A stretch of DNA of 64,000 nt, from contig NC_042999.1 of assembly GCF_006345805.1 (NCBI RefSeq), positions 44,144,001-44,208,000 of the forward strand, given 5' to 3'. The DNA comes from Octopus sinensis (Eukaryota). The first letter of the stretch is position 1. Every line of letters begins with the position of its first letter. The notes beneath the pieces are model-generated. The model was not told the origin of the DNA. It worked only from the letters and a program-made list of their open reading frames with translations, and made no database searches. The position numbers and the translations under genes were made by a program. Shown here piece after piece: positions 26,401 through 37,790 of the stretch.

Positions 26401-29265
26401 AATGGCTAGAATTTTTTGCTCATGATCATAGTTGCAGATTCAATTATTCAACTAGGCAGCGCATTGTGTTCTTCAGCAAAGCACTTCATTTCACCTTACT
26501 CCAGTTTGCTCAATTGCAAATGAATACCAGCCTAATAGTGGTGCAGCTCTCTTTCCCTCCATCTGTCTCATCATGAATGTACCACTGGGTCAAGATTAAA
26601 AGGGCCAGGAAGTTGCCTACAAAGGCACCTAAAACAGCAAAAGCATGGTATTATATGTGAACAAGTCATATTCAGTTACAAGTGATGGCTGGCTGTACTT
26701 ACATATGATATTCTTTTCTACTCTAGGCACAGGGCCTGAAATTTTTAGGGAGGGGCCAGTCGATTAGATAGACCCCAGTGCACAACTGGTACTTAATTTA
26801 TCGACCCCCAAAAGGATGAAAGGCAAAGTTGACCTTGGCAGAATTTGAACTCAAAATATAAACAGACGAAAAGTGGAAAGCTGGTAGAATTATTTGCATA
26901 TTAAACAATATACTAAGAAGCAGTTCTTCTGGCTTTTTATGTTCAAATTTTGCTGAGATTGTCTTCACCTTTTGTCCCTTCAAGAGTTGAGAAAGTAAGT
27001 ACCAGTTGAGCACTGAGTCAAATGCAATTGACTTCACTTTCCCATCAAAACTGCTGGCCTTGACCCAAAACTATAATATTTCTTCTCCTCTGAAAACTTT
27101 AATATGAAGCACTGGTGCAAAATACTAATACAATGTTTATATTAAATTAACACTAATTTCTTGTATTTTTTAGATGTGCTACAAAACTTCTTCTGTTACA
27201 AAAGTACTTATTAGTATGGTATGAGTACAATGAGACCAAGAAAGAACTAGACCATATGCTGAGGCAGCAACGGCAGCAGTTGGATTGCATAGTCTATCAT
27301 TTAGAGGTGGATTTACCAAAACATCAACCCAATGTGCAGAATGATTTGAGAGTGAGTGTTTGTTTTTACTTTATCCCAAATATCCTTTGATTTTTTTTTT
27401 TTTTTTTTTATCATTTTCTTTTTGTCTTTAGAAATAAATATTTTAAAGCATAAAATACATTTCTCTATCTGCCTCGGTCAACTTGGCTGAAAATAAAATA
27501 GGTGCCTCTTCTATTTCCTGTAAAGAACCATAAAAATGTAGATTTTCAAAAAAAAAAAATTGAATGCAACTATCTGAACTTCCAGCAATGAACATATAGA
27601 AAGGCGTACAAAAAAAAAATGGAGGAGAAATAAGGAAATATAATTTAGATCAATAAGAAGTGAGAGCTGAGCTTTGAATCTACAAGTGACTAAATTAACG
27701 TGGTTTGGGTAGCCATAACAATATGTCTGATAGCTCAGCAACTTAACGTACAAAGACCAGTGGAGTATCTTACTTAAAAATCAGGAATTGGCATCAAGAT
27801 GGGCATCTTGCCATAGAATATAGCCTCAAAAAAATCTCGTCCAATTCATGATGGCATGGAAAAAGTGGAAGTAAAAAACTATGATGACGATACTCATGTT
27901 CTGCTTATTTATCAAATGTTGATGATTGGTGGCAGCAGACACACAAAATGGAAAGAGCTGGAATATATTTGAAATAATAAGAGATAAATGAACAGTTACA
28001 AATTATATTGATATAATTAAGTAAATTACGATACATGTAAACAACATATTTCTTGTGTTAGTATCTTCCTTTTAATTTTTGATTTTATTTTCTTTTATTA
28101 TTTAGGCTGTCCAGAAAAGCTTGAGTCTCTGCCAAGAAAAACTTGACCAACTGCAATCTTACCGCCTCCAGTTGATCTGCTATTTGGACCGCTCAGCTTG
28201 TGCCGGCATTTCTGCTGATTATTCTGAATATCGAAGTCTGCTGTTTGCTATTAAACAGCAGTGTCAAAAATCTATTGCCAAGGCAGCTCGGCTCAACTCA
28301 AACAGGGCTGGTAAACCTGCTCGTATTGAACACCCTCTACAGGCAAGCAACAATGGTTCGTTAGGCAGAGGTCGCTCCCTTGTGTTTCCTTCCCATATCA
28401 CTCCTACATCTACTACTACTGACTTGGCTAAAGAGGAAACAAATATCAGGTGACTTTTGCATTTTTTTTGTCTTTTTATTTTATCAATTTTTTTTTTCTT
28501 TGCCAAACTTTATGGTTATATTTGTTCAGCAAATTATAGAATTTGATTTATTCCTGTTCATCTTTAACCCTTTAGCATTTAAACTAACCATATATGGCCC
28601 AATTTTATATTCAAACCAGCCAAATCCAACTTTTCACACCAACCCTCATCTCCAACACCATCTATCTCTCTATCTTTATCTCTTTCTCTCCTTCTCGCCT
28701 CTCTTTTCCAACTGAGATAGCCAAGTATCTCCCCTAACTTTATCGGTCTGTTATACTCTAACCTCTCATCTGGCACAAAACCACTTTCCAGGGTACCAGT
28801 CAAGTACTAGGATTGATATAATTAACTAACTTATCCCTCATTTATGGTTTTATACCTATGTTATAAACTGATAATAATTGTTAGCACATTATGCTGAGTT
28901 TTACCATGGTTAACTTTGCCATTTATTCTTTGAGATTTAAGTACTGGGATCAATATCACAATCTAACCCCTCTCTCTAAAATTACTAACCTTGTGCCAAA
29001 ATTTGAAACTACTACTATTATTATTATTATTATTGTTTAATATTATTGTTTCTATTATTGTTTCAGAAGTGAAAATGGAACTCCGACTTCGGCAGTTCCC
29101 AGAACTACATCATCTAACTTTCAAAATACAATGCAAGGGCTGGTGCTTGTCTGCGCAGCAGGACTTGCTTATATGGCAGACCCTGAAGCTCTTGAGAAGC
29201 TAATCAGCTTCTCGATCCAGTTGAATCCCGAGTTAAGATACATCAATGGTGCACCACCTATTTGA
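4053..29265 (+). CDS. klar: Klarsicht/nesprin-like KASH-domain protein, 3' nine coding exons (5' part lies outside the window)
   Basis: Nine exons with AG/GT boundaries and matching phases total 1577 nt of open frame ending in TM + LNPELRYINGAPPI*. The SETAWDNYQ and DSDSDLDDF motifs resemble arthropod Klarsicht as I recall it (not searched). The KASH call is firmer than the orthology. Confidence 0.7.
5414..5549. repeat. 136-bp palindrome centred on (TA)n
   Basis: Arms are exact reverse complements apart from one mismatch (5431/5532). Confidence 0.95.
6895..7270 (+). mobile_element. Two tandem tRNA-derived SINEs (family B)
   Basis: Two copies of ...ttctgagttcaaatt...gtcgactttgc.tttcatcctttc.ggg...aagtaccag. 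Confidence 0.75.
7318..7473 (+). CDS. KASH gene exon (0 to 0): APLYPTVSDEATEPALQWSGEMEFEEE...SDEDSGK
   Basis: tttttag acceptor, gtaaag donor, 156 nt, open. Confidence 0.88.
9707..9880 (+). mobile_element. tRNA-derived SINE family A, 5' half
   Basis: ggtgcgggcatggctgtgtggtt...ttcagtcccactgcgtggcactttggg matches the 17.3 and 58.0 kb copies. Confidence 0.75.
11279..11484. mobile_element. piggyBac-type MITE, family 1
   Basis: ttaa|accttttagcat ... aatgctaaaggg|tcaa. Confidence 0.75.
12684..12958. repeat. Perfect fold-back: 122-bp arms, 31-nt spacer
   Basis: 12684-12805 is the exact reverse complement of 12837-12958. Confidence 0.95.
13234..13460 (-). mobile_element. Tc1/mariner-superfamily remnant (transposase C-terminus plus TIR)
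   Basis: The - strand reads FTNLNKETVQKSCRRF*SRLEAVVEANGDFVE*, followed by a CAGAGTG-type terminus beside TA. Confidence 0.7.
14155..14420 (+). mobile_element. tRNA-derived SINE family C (degenerate)
   Basis: ggcacgtggcctagtggttag head and cttgggcgaaacact core; similar to 19339-19630. Confidence 0.55.
16378..16530 (+). CDS. KASH gene exon (0 to 0): CSRLAPCDDSDSDLDDFYHVLDESSNQL...NTGRY
   Basis: Long polypyrimidine tract + ctacag acceptor, gtaagt donor, 153 nt. Confidence 0.9.
17259..17625 (+). mobile_element. tRNA-derived SINE family A
   Basis: Young copy: gtggtaagtagcttgcttaccaaccacatggttccgggttcagtccc head, internal (TA/TG)n, tail ...gactgaaacaaataaaagag. Confidence 0.85.
18021..18352 (+). 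mobile_element. tRNA-derived SINE family A
   Basis: Same head, microsatellite and tail organisation as 17259. Confidence 0.85.
19339..19630 (+). mobile_element. tRNA-derived SINE family C
   Basis: tRNA-like head (A/B-box-like gtggttagagc...gattccc) and cttgagcaagacacttta core. Confidence 0.7.
19726..19834 (+). CDS. KASH gene exon (0 to 1): TELLATCQTNIKCLEVIYQHLN...DRMQ
   Basis: ctctgcag acceptor, gtaata donor, 109 nt. Confidence 0.9.
23711..23898 (+). CDS. KASH gene exon (1 to 0), spectrin-repeat-like: LLYQWEKLRALAVERQSQCREL...WLHELST...KITQ
   Basis: ttttcag acceptor, gtcagt donor, 188 nt. The W..L...A.ERQ pattern is typical of spectrin repeats. Confidence 0.92.
24850..25180 (+). mobile_element. 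tRNA-derived SINE family A (diverged)
   Basis: Head and tail similar to the other family A copies. Confidence 0.75.
25703..25857 (+). CDS. KASH gene exon (0 to 2): EKQALFEEKMSTLNELKESV...NSLRD
   Basis: ttcttacag acceptor, gtacgt donor, 155 nt. Confidence 0.9.
26720..26880 (-). mobile_element. SINE family B
   Basis: actggtacttaatttatcgacccc.aaaggatgaaaggcaaagttgacc...gaatttgaactc. Confidence 0.75.
27174..27351 (+). CDS. KASH gene exon (2 to 0): CATKLLLLQKYLLVWYEYNETKKELDHML...NDLR
   Basis: tttttag acceptor, gtgagt donor, 178 nt. This exon is not in the supplied ORF track. Confidence 0.9.
28106..28449 (+). CDS. KASH gene exon (0 to 2): AVQKSLSLCQEKLDQLQSYRLQL...KEETNI
   Basis: tttag acceptor, gtgact donor, 344 nt open. 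Confidence 0.92.
29067..29265 (+). CDS. KASH gene terminal exon: ...MQGLVLVCAAGLAYMADPEALEKLISFSIQLNPELRYINGAPPI*
   Basis: tttcag acceptor, phase 2. Hydrophobic segment with a GLA motif, followed by a KASH-like luminal peptide and TGA at 29263-29265. Confidence 0.92.
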
Positions 29266-29844
29266 GGCCCCTATAAAAAAGTTTTGTGTTCAATGATATC
29301 TACCCCCATTTTACTACAAAATATTGCAACAATTTTTGTTGTTATGGCTTAAAATTTTTCTATTCATGATCAACACTTACTGGTACCGATTCATTTTCCA
29401 GTGGGAATATGGTGAGGGGCACTATTCAGCAGTACAATAATGTCAAGAGTAAAACAAAATGAATTCATCCAAATTTTAAATTTCCAAGATTTTAAAAACA
29501 ATAACAAAGAAACGTCACAAATCAGTTTTGATTTATCAACATTTTCCAAATTAACAGGAAAAAAAATTTGTTTATTTTTGGCTTTATTGAACGAAGATGA
29601 AAAAGAAAAATTGGACAAAACAATAATGTATTTTGAATTTTTTGGCTCTAACCGTGATTTCATGTTTTACGACAAGGATTTGGTGCTGTTTAATTTAACA
29701 AAACAGTCAAAGTATTGCTGAATAGATATCCTTTTGTGAGGTGGATTTCAGGTAGCTTCTCCATACCAGTAAGTGTTGTTCATAGCAATTTTATTTAACC
29801 CTCGTTTCTAACTAGCTTTGTGTGAAATTTAGGCTGTGTAAAAT

Positions 29845-29876
<32 letters not shown>

Positions 29877-30850
29877 ACATATATAAAATCTCAAAACATG
29901 AAATTTAGTAACGAAACCAACACAGCTCAACAAAGTATAGTTGACTATATACAGTATTTAAAAATAGGCTGGAACCAATATATATATATCTATACATTTA
30001 TTCAAATTTAGATGAAGGCTTTGATTTAAGCAGTGTTCTCTTCCAATATATATATATATAAATATATATATATAAAATCATTTAACACTGGTTGGAAGTT
30101 TATTGTGAAAGTTTTTTACATCTAGTTGTGCCTATTTTTTTTTATATTTCTCTCTCTAAAATAAATTAGAGGGTTTTACATTGCATTGAAATGTTCGGCT
30201 AATAAAGTGACATTGTTCATTTGGATGGAATTATTCTTGGGCAATGTTTTTATTTATTTAAATCCGTTTCTGGATTTCAAAAGTCAGAAATTTATTTTTT
30301 TTAAATGCTTCTGTGGAGCAGAATTTTGGATTGTAGAGAATAAAGAATAATATTTATTTTGTAAAATTATAATTGACAAAAACTGATCTGAACTACTGTT
30401 AAGTGACATTTTGATTTCAGTATATTTTTTTTTTACCTGTATTTATATATTTTAGCTTTAATTTATTATTTTTTTAATTTATACGTTTTTTTTTTTTTCA
30501 AATAAAATTTTAAATGTATTAAGTATACAAATTCTATTTATACATTTAATTCGATATTATTGGGGGTTCCTTTACATTGTCTCCCTATTCAATTAATTTA
30601 TAATAATTCTGATACACATAAAACTGTATTCCTGTCTAATTTTGCTTCAGACCCCAGGAATGAGTTTGAATCTTAGTTTACAGTTGATATAATTCAGTTT
30701 GATTATAGAATACTCACATGGAACCGAGAAGTGATAAGGATTTAAATTCCAACATGTAGGGCATAATATTTCCCTTTTCTCTTGGAGAAAAAAAAGTGTG
30801 GGGCTGGAACATTGCAAGTTTAAACAAGGTTTGTAATCTACATTGTTTAA

Positions 30851-31069
30851 ACCTTTGGCATTTAAACCGGCCATATCCGGCCAAAAGTATTCTGCCTGTT
30901 TTATGTTCAAACTGGCCAGATCTGGTCTCTCACACCAACCCTACAATATCGTTTTAAAAATTAACAGCTACCTCATTAAAATCTCATAGCTACAAGATAA
31001 TGCACGATTAGTTCAAACAATGTGGATAAAAAACATTAATTTTGGCAGAATAATGCAAACACAAAAGGG
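30851..31069. mobile_element. piggyBac-type MITE, family 1, inside the putative 3' UTR
   Basis: TTAA at 30847-30850 and 31070-31073; termini acctttggcattt / caaaaggg. Confidence 0.8.
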
Positions 31070-31758
31070 TTAAATATTATCAGCCTGCTTCCAAGGAGAA
31101 AACGGTAGTTTTTTATGATTAGTTGAGAATATTCTTTAACACAAGTTGAAAGATATAGACCTTGGATTTAATGGCACGAATTAAACATTGTTTATCAGGT
31201 TAACCAAATTTACCATGATGTAAGATTTTCTTATTTTATTGGTGATGAAAACAAAAGAAAACACACCGTCAACTGCAGTATTATGACACTTGCTATGGGA
31301 CCAGAATATTGAGTTGGTAATGTTAGTGGGAAATCTGGTTACGTAATTACATGAAATGTTTCAAAGCATGATATTGGAGCAAATTTAAGAGGACAGCAAA
31401 TTTGTTGGCTCTTCCAAAATTCTGTAGTCATTTCAAGACTAGAATTCAATAAGACACTGTAACCTTTCTTGGAATTCCCATGACTGTCATGATCTGATTA
31501 GTGAACATTATGAAAAAAAAAGTTTTATATTTTATTTTTTTTTAATAGAAATCTTACATTGCCTTTGTATACAATTGCCTTGTGTTGGCTTTGCTTAAAA
31601 TGGTCAAGTGGAGATTACTAGAATACACTAGGGGCTTGCTAGCAATAGCCATTATGTCAAGTCCTGTCAGAGACTGCCAAAACTGTAAACATCCCTGCCC
31701 TCAATTCCTCCCCCATCACATCTTTTGCCCTTCCCTATTTGGGGTGGGGGGCTTCCTG

Positions 31759-31800
<42 letters not shown>

Positions 31801-32132
31801 CAAATGTTATTTTAATTCCCTTTTAAAAATGATTGACCTTATGAAAGAAGTTATATTTATAAACTCAGAGATGAACCATGATTAGAGGTTCGTGAAACCT
31901 CTATTCATGGTTCTGATAAATCTTAATATGACGAGTGACGCCAGTTTGATCAGTACTTTTTTTTTTTTTTGACAGTTGTTAACTTAATCGTGATCAAATT
32001 TGATTGATAAGTAAAGGAAATTAGGTGAAGCTTGTATTTGCTTATCCATATACACTGTCACACTCCAAAGGAAGTATGTTGGGAGTGATAATGTATGCAT
32101 ACATGTACACACTCATAAATGTATGTGTATGC

Positions 32133-32163
<31 letters not shown>

Positions 32164-32370
32164 TGACACATTCCTCTATGTGGGTTATATATATGTTTTG
32201 TATGTATGGCAGTATATGTAAATGCTCTTATACACACTAAGTTATGTGTGGCTACATACACTTGTACTTATACAAAACTGATATCCAGAAATGGATTTGA
32301 AATGGCATGTGAATAAATATCCATGCACAAATCCTGCTTAACTATATGCATGTATGTGTGTAGATACATC

Positions 32371-32417
<47 letters not shown>

Positions 32418-32429
32418 TATATATTATAA

Positions 32430-32575
32430 TCATCATCATCATCGTTTAACGTCCACTTTCCATGCTAGCATGGGTTGGACGATTTTGACTGAGGGCTGGC
32501 GAGCCAGATAGCTGCACCAGGCTCCAATCTTGATCTGGCAAAGTTTCTACAGCTGGATGCCCTTCCTAACGCCAT
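32430..32575 (-). mobile_element. RTE 3' tail fragment
   Basis: catcatcgtttaacgtcc...catgctagcatgggttggacg...ctacagctggatgcccttcctaacgcca. Confidence 0.85.
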
Positions 32576-32790
32576 CAGGGTGAATGCTTACTTTCAAAAC
32601 TAATTTTTTTAGTGACAGAGAGCACTGCTGTAAGTTAACTGCTGTGACACATATTTCATTATCAATCCTCATCTACTCTTGGTATTTTATTTTTCTCTTT
32701 ATTCCTGGTTAACTTAAGGAGGCTTGCGCTGAAAATTAAAGATCATGTAGCATGTAACTGCAATGATGTGCATATATATATACATACATG

Positions 32791-32820
<30 letters not shown>

Positions 32821-32828
<8 letters not shown>

Positions 32829-33072
32829 TACACACACAATATGGGTAATTTAGTGATTACACTAAATGGTATTTCATGCTAACACACTTCTATATATGTG
32901 TATGTGTGTGTGTATAAATAAATAAATATATACACACACACACACACACACCACACACACACACACACACGCACATACACACACAATATGGGTAATTTAG
33001 TGATTACACTAAATGGTATTTCATGCTAACACACTTCTATATATGTGTACGTGTGTGTGTATAAATAAATAA

Positions 33073-33115
<43 letters not shown>
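32821..33115. repeat. 147-bp tandem duplication bounded by (CA)n
   Basis: Units start at 32821 and 32968; one substitution in the unique part. Confidence 0.9.
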
Positions 33116-33120
<5 letters not shown>

Positions 33121-33629
33121 TCATATGCATGTACAAATGTATATGTATGTATATACATATACACCTCTCTCTGTGTGTGTGTATGTATGTATGTATATAT
33201 ATAAATCTTTATAGCTTGTGTTTCAAACGTTTATATATTCAGTCTCATGTTTTGTTTTCTTTGTCACTCTACTCTATATTTGTTCTTACACAAATTTTCT
33301 TCTTCTCCATATCTCTCTCTCATTTTAGTTTTATTGTATTATTTTCTTTTTAATTGTCCAATTATATTCCAAACTTTATTTCACTCTGTTCTTCTTGTAA
33401 ATACATTTAAGGTATTTTGCGTATGTATATAATATTGGAAAAAAATAACTATTTTTTTATTACAATGGTACTTGTATATGATTATCTTATCAATATTGCA
33501 CTTTTTAATTATGGGAAAGAAAATATTGATCTGTAAATTTTTATTTTATATAACATGTGTTTTTTAATTTTATTTTCATATATCTGAATATTTTTATTAT
33601 CTTCTAATTTTTCATGCGTACAACATATG

Positions 33630-33666
<37 letters not shown>

Positions 33667-36600
33667 GTATATATACAAAGAGAGGGGTAGATATATATTA
33701 TTTGAAATGTAAGGTTTATCTTTTTAATAAGCATACAATGTACCTCACCACTGTAAAAAGGTAAACATTGGTTATGCACATATTTTATCTCTCCTAAGAC
33801 AGAAAGAAGGATCAATCTTGATAGTTTCTGGTCTTATTAAACTATCATCAGAGAAAGATTGCCCAGAGAGAGTAGTAGCTCATAGCTATTTATAGTGGAT
33901 ACAAAGAACAGAGTGACCTAACCCGGTCTAATCTGCATTACAGTGCAATTGTGTGCTTTGTAGTGCACTATTATTTAAGCATGCACTACACAGCGCTTTC
34001 TTGGAGGTGGCAGCAATTTGAAATGTAAGATATATCTTTTTCAGAAGCATATGGTTTTTGCCTCACTGTGAAAAGTTGGCAGATGTATTATCTGTCTTTG
34101 TTGAGAGTCTCATAATCCCTTTTTCTGCTGTCAGAGAGTAGGAAAAAAAACCTCTGATGTAACCACTTTGATTTCTTTTCACAGTGACGCTTAATTGTGT
34201 GAGCATCAAAACAGTATAGCTTACATTTCAAATAATCCTAAGTACACTATTAATTTTATATATTCATACATATATACATGTTTGTGTATACAAACATGTG
34301 CACGCACATGGAAGTATGTGTGTATTCACATATATACATATATACACACACATTTTATATATGTATGTACATAAGTACGCACATATATATATATATGTTG
34401 TGGGATATGGTGATATCAGTGACATAACTTTGAAACTATTCATGTTTTTTTTTATTGTCCACACAAGAAGGGGGTCAGAAATGACAGTGAACCCCAGGGG
34501 ACAACTCAAGAATATCAATGTGAATAGCTTCATCAGTTTCATTGTAACCTAACTTTACTGGCAAAAATATTGACTTACCTACAAAAAAGAAATTAAGCTA
34601 CCATTTGGGGAAATTCTACTTCTAAGGAATTTTGTTGTTGTTGTTATTGTTTTTGTATTTATTGAAAAGTTTTTAATTATATGAATAATATTGGCAATTT
34701 AAAATCTACTAAATTACAAAAACTTTAATTTGTTGTTATTGATGAACTCTGAGCAGATCTATAATATCTATGATCAAGCATTTTTTTTTCTTCCTGGTAC
34801 AGTGATTAAAGCTACATTGTGTGCTATGCCCTTAAGGCAATAAGATCTGTGGAGGATTTGGCTGCTGCTTCCTGTGGATTGAACAACAATTTATGTTGAG
34901 TCTCCTACATTGACTCAGAAAGCCTCATTCTTCCACTTAGCATTGCGATTATTTAATCATTCCACTGTGGCTATTACTGTTATTCTATTGCCATAAGTGT
35001 TGGAAACTTTTTAATGTTTGTGTTGAGTAACTTCTAAGTAACATTTGCAACTTTGTGATACTGTTGTTGCTTGTTAAAAATCGTACTTATTCAACAGAAA
35101 TACAAATGTATAATGGAGCTTTATTTTCCATTAAAAAAAAAGTAAACTTTAGTTTATCTTTTTTTTAATGAGTAAATCATGTGAAACAATTCTCTCTCAA
35201 GTTGATAAATATTATCTAATTGCAATTTTGTTTTAAAAATATTTTATCAGCCATGTTGATGAAAAAGCTTTCCCTATCTTCATAAGCCTTCATTTTAAAC
35301 TAGATATAAATTCATATTAGATCATGGATTAAAGTATGACAGAAAATTTTGATTGATTTGTAAAAAATATACTTTTGTCTTCGTTTTTAATAATCTATTT
35401 AAGTTATAAATCTAAAGATAATTCTTAGTTTGGAAATGTAGAAACTGCACTTAGATTATTCTTTTATTACTAATATCGTTATAAACATTCTGGCCAATGA
35501 TGATGTAATTCAGATTTGGGAATTCATTGTTAAACCTTGTATTAAATTAGCCACTAAATTCCAACAAAAACACTAGAACTGTCAAAATAGGTAAAAATGC
35601 TTTTACACTTAAAATATAATGGGGGAATATAATGGTAAAGAATAGGATTTATATAACCATTGCTACTGAAGAAACTTTGTGTAAGTTGCAAACTAGTAAT
35701 GTATAATAGATTTACTATTGTTATATGTAAGATATTTCTAATATCTGTATGAACTGTGCTCTGGGGTAAGTATTTAAGAAAGAAAAGTAGTGAGGTCAAG
35801 GTTGTTGAAGAATTTACCTAACTTTTAGTTTACATCCATGTCATAGTAGTTAGCTCTAGTTTATGCTGATTGCTTTCTTAGTTAATGTAATAAAAAGAAC
35901 TTGGTAAAGAGATATTAAGTTTTGTTATTAGATTGTATCTCTTTCATTGACCCTGTCTTCCAAAGGAGACTAAAAGACTTGTCATTCATAAATAACAATA
36001 ACAACAACAACATTAAAAATTCCATCCCACCTCCATTTCAAATTTAGCTAAGTTCTCCACTTACTCTAGTTTTCTTGGAGACACACCATTTTTGCATATC
36101 AACTGCTTTATGGTTGTGAAATTATTTTGAATTTTAATTTTTTTTTTTTTTTTTACACAATATTTTAAGGGTGCTTTTATTAATGTGATTATTTGTTAAC
36201 TCTTCAAATTTCAGGTTGTTGTTTTTTGTTTTTACTGTTTTACCATGTTACTGTATTATCCTTTGGGAAGTGGGGCACAAAGTACGAATGTTTATATAAT
36301 TCAAACTTTATAAGTTTCTTTATAGATGTAATGCAGGCCAGGCCAATAGCTCAAATGCATGTTCACCTTTTGTAGGACCTTGTAGCAATGTAAAATGGCA
36401 TAATACTTTTCAGAAGTAAAACCATATGTTAGGATTAGTTATTAGATGTTAAGCTGTTCTGCTGTGAAATCAACCATTAGGATTACGAACACATGTTCTT
36501 TGATTTTGATAGTAAAAATATTAAGCAAGTAAAAAGATTTTCCTTTGTGTGTCCTCTAATAATTTTCTCTAGGATTGGTTTACTACTGAGTTCAAATATT

Positions 36601-37292
36601 TTACCACTTCAGGTCTAAGCAGCAGTGGAATTTTTGTCTTTTAACTTGTAACAAGAATGAGATTTTTAGAAAATAGTTTAAGGTATAAACAATTTATTAA
36701 CAAAGCTATTTCAGCTTTTAGTTCTTCTTATAATATAGTTTGACTAACCAATCGCTGGTAGAGGTAGAAGAGAGGTGACATTTTAGTGTTTAAATTTAAA
36801 ATATTGTTATTTTTGTGTGTGTGTGTTTTGTTTCCTCACTCACCTACTTAAGGCTAATCAAATCTGTTTAAATGTTTGTTGATTTTCTTTCCATGTATCA
36901 GCAGCTGTAAAGATTACATCAGATCCGGTGCTGAATTTTCAGTAAGTTGTCTGTTTTCAGACCAAGCTTTATTGCTGAGTAGATTTAAACAAAATTGGAA
37001 AAAAAAAAAATAATAATAAACAAAAAAATGTATAAATCTATAAAAAAAAGTATTCACTCCTTTTCTATAAATAAATAAAAATATCTGATATATAACGACA
37101 CTTTTTCCCCAGGAATACTCTGATTTGTAATAACAACATTGCCATCTTATGGTAACTTATGATTATTACTCAATAAAAACCATACAAATATCTCTCTATT
37201 TGTCTTTTATTTTTTGTCTTTTGTGACACTTTGCTTGTTAATTTGTCTTTACTTTTAGAGTTAATGTGTATATACATATGTGTATATACATA

Positions 37293-37790
37293 GGTGCAGC
37301 TGTGGCTGTATGGTAAGAAACTTGTTTCCCAACCACATGGTTCTGGGCTCAGTCCTACTGTGTGGCACCTTGGGCAAGTGTCTTCTACTATTACCTTGGG
37401 CCAACCAAAGCCTTGTGTGTGGATTTGGTAGACGGAAACTGAGAGAAGCCCATCATATATATATATAGAGAGAGAGAGAGTGAGAGTGATTTTGTCTTGA
37501 CAGGTTCGATAAACAAACGAAAGAACTAATGAAGAATTATCCAAAATTCTGACTGCCTCCTTTTTCTCTCTATATATATATGTATGTGTGTGTGTTTGTC
37601 TCCCCACCCTCGCTTGACAACCAATGCTGGTGTGTTTATGTCCCAGTAACTTAGCAGTTTGGCAAAGAACTGATAGAGCAAGTACTAGGCTTACAAAGAA
37701 TAAGTCCTGGAGTCAATTTCTTCAACTAAAACTCTTTAAGGCGGTGCTCCAGCATGGCTGCAGTCGAATGACTGAAACAAGTAAAAGAGT
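37293..37790 (+). mobile_element. tRNA-derived SINE family A with expanded internal segment
   Basis: Family A head and tail. Confidence 0.8.

Larger units (their letters stand above)
29266..37080 (+). other. Probable long 3' UTR of the KASH gene
   Basis: AT/U-rich, lacks the SINEs that fill the introns, AATAAA cluster near 37067-37080, and SINE-rich DNA resumes after it. The end point is inferred; AATAAA also occurs near 30.2 and 30.5 kb. Confidence 0.45.

Noticed and set aside
29263-29352. Stop-codon readthrough of the KASH stop
   Set aside because: TGA-G is not the leaky context and nothing in the sequence supports the ~29-codon extension.
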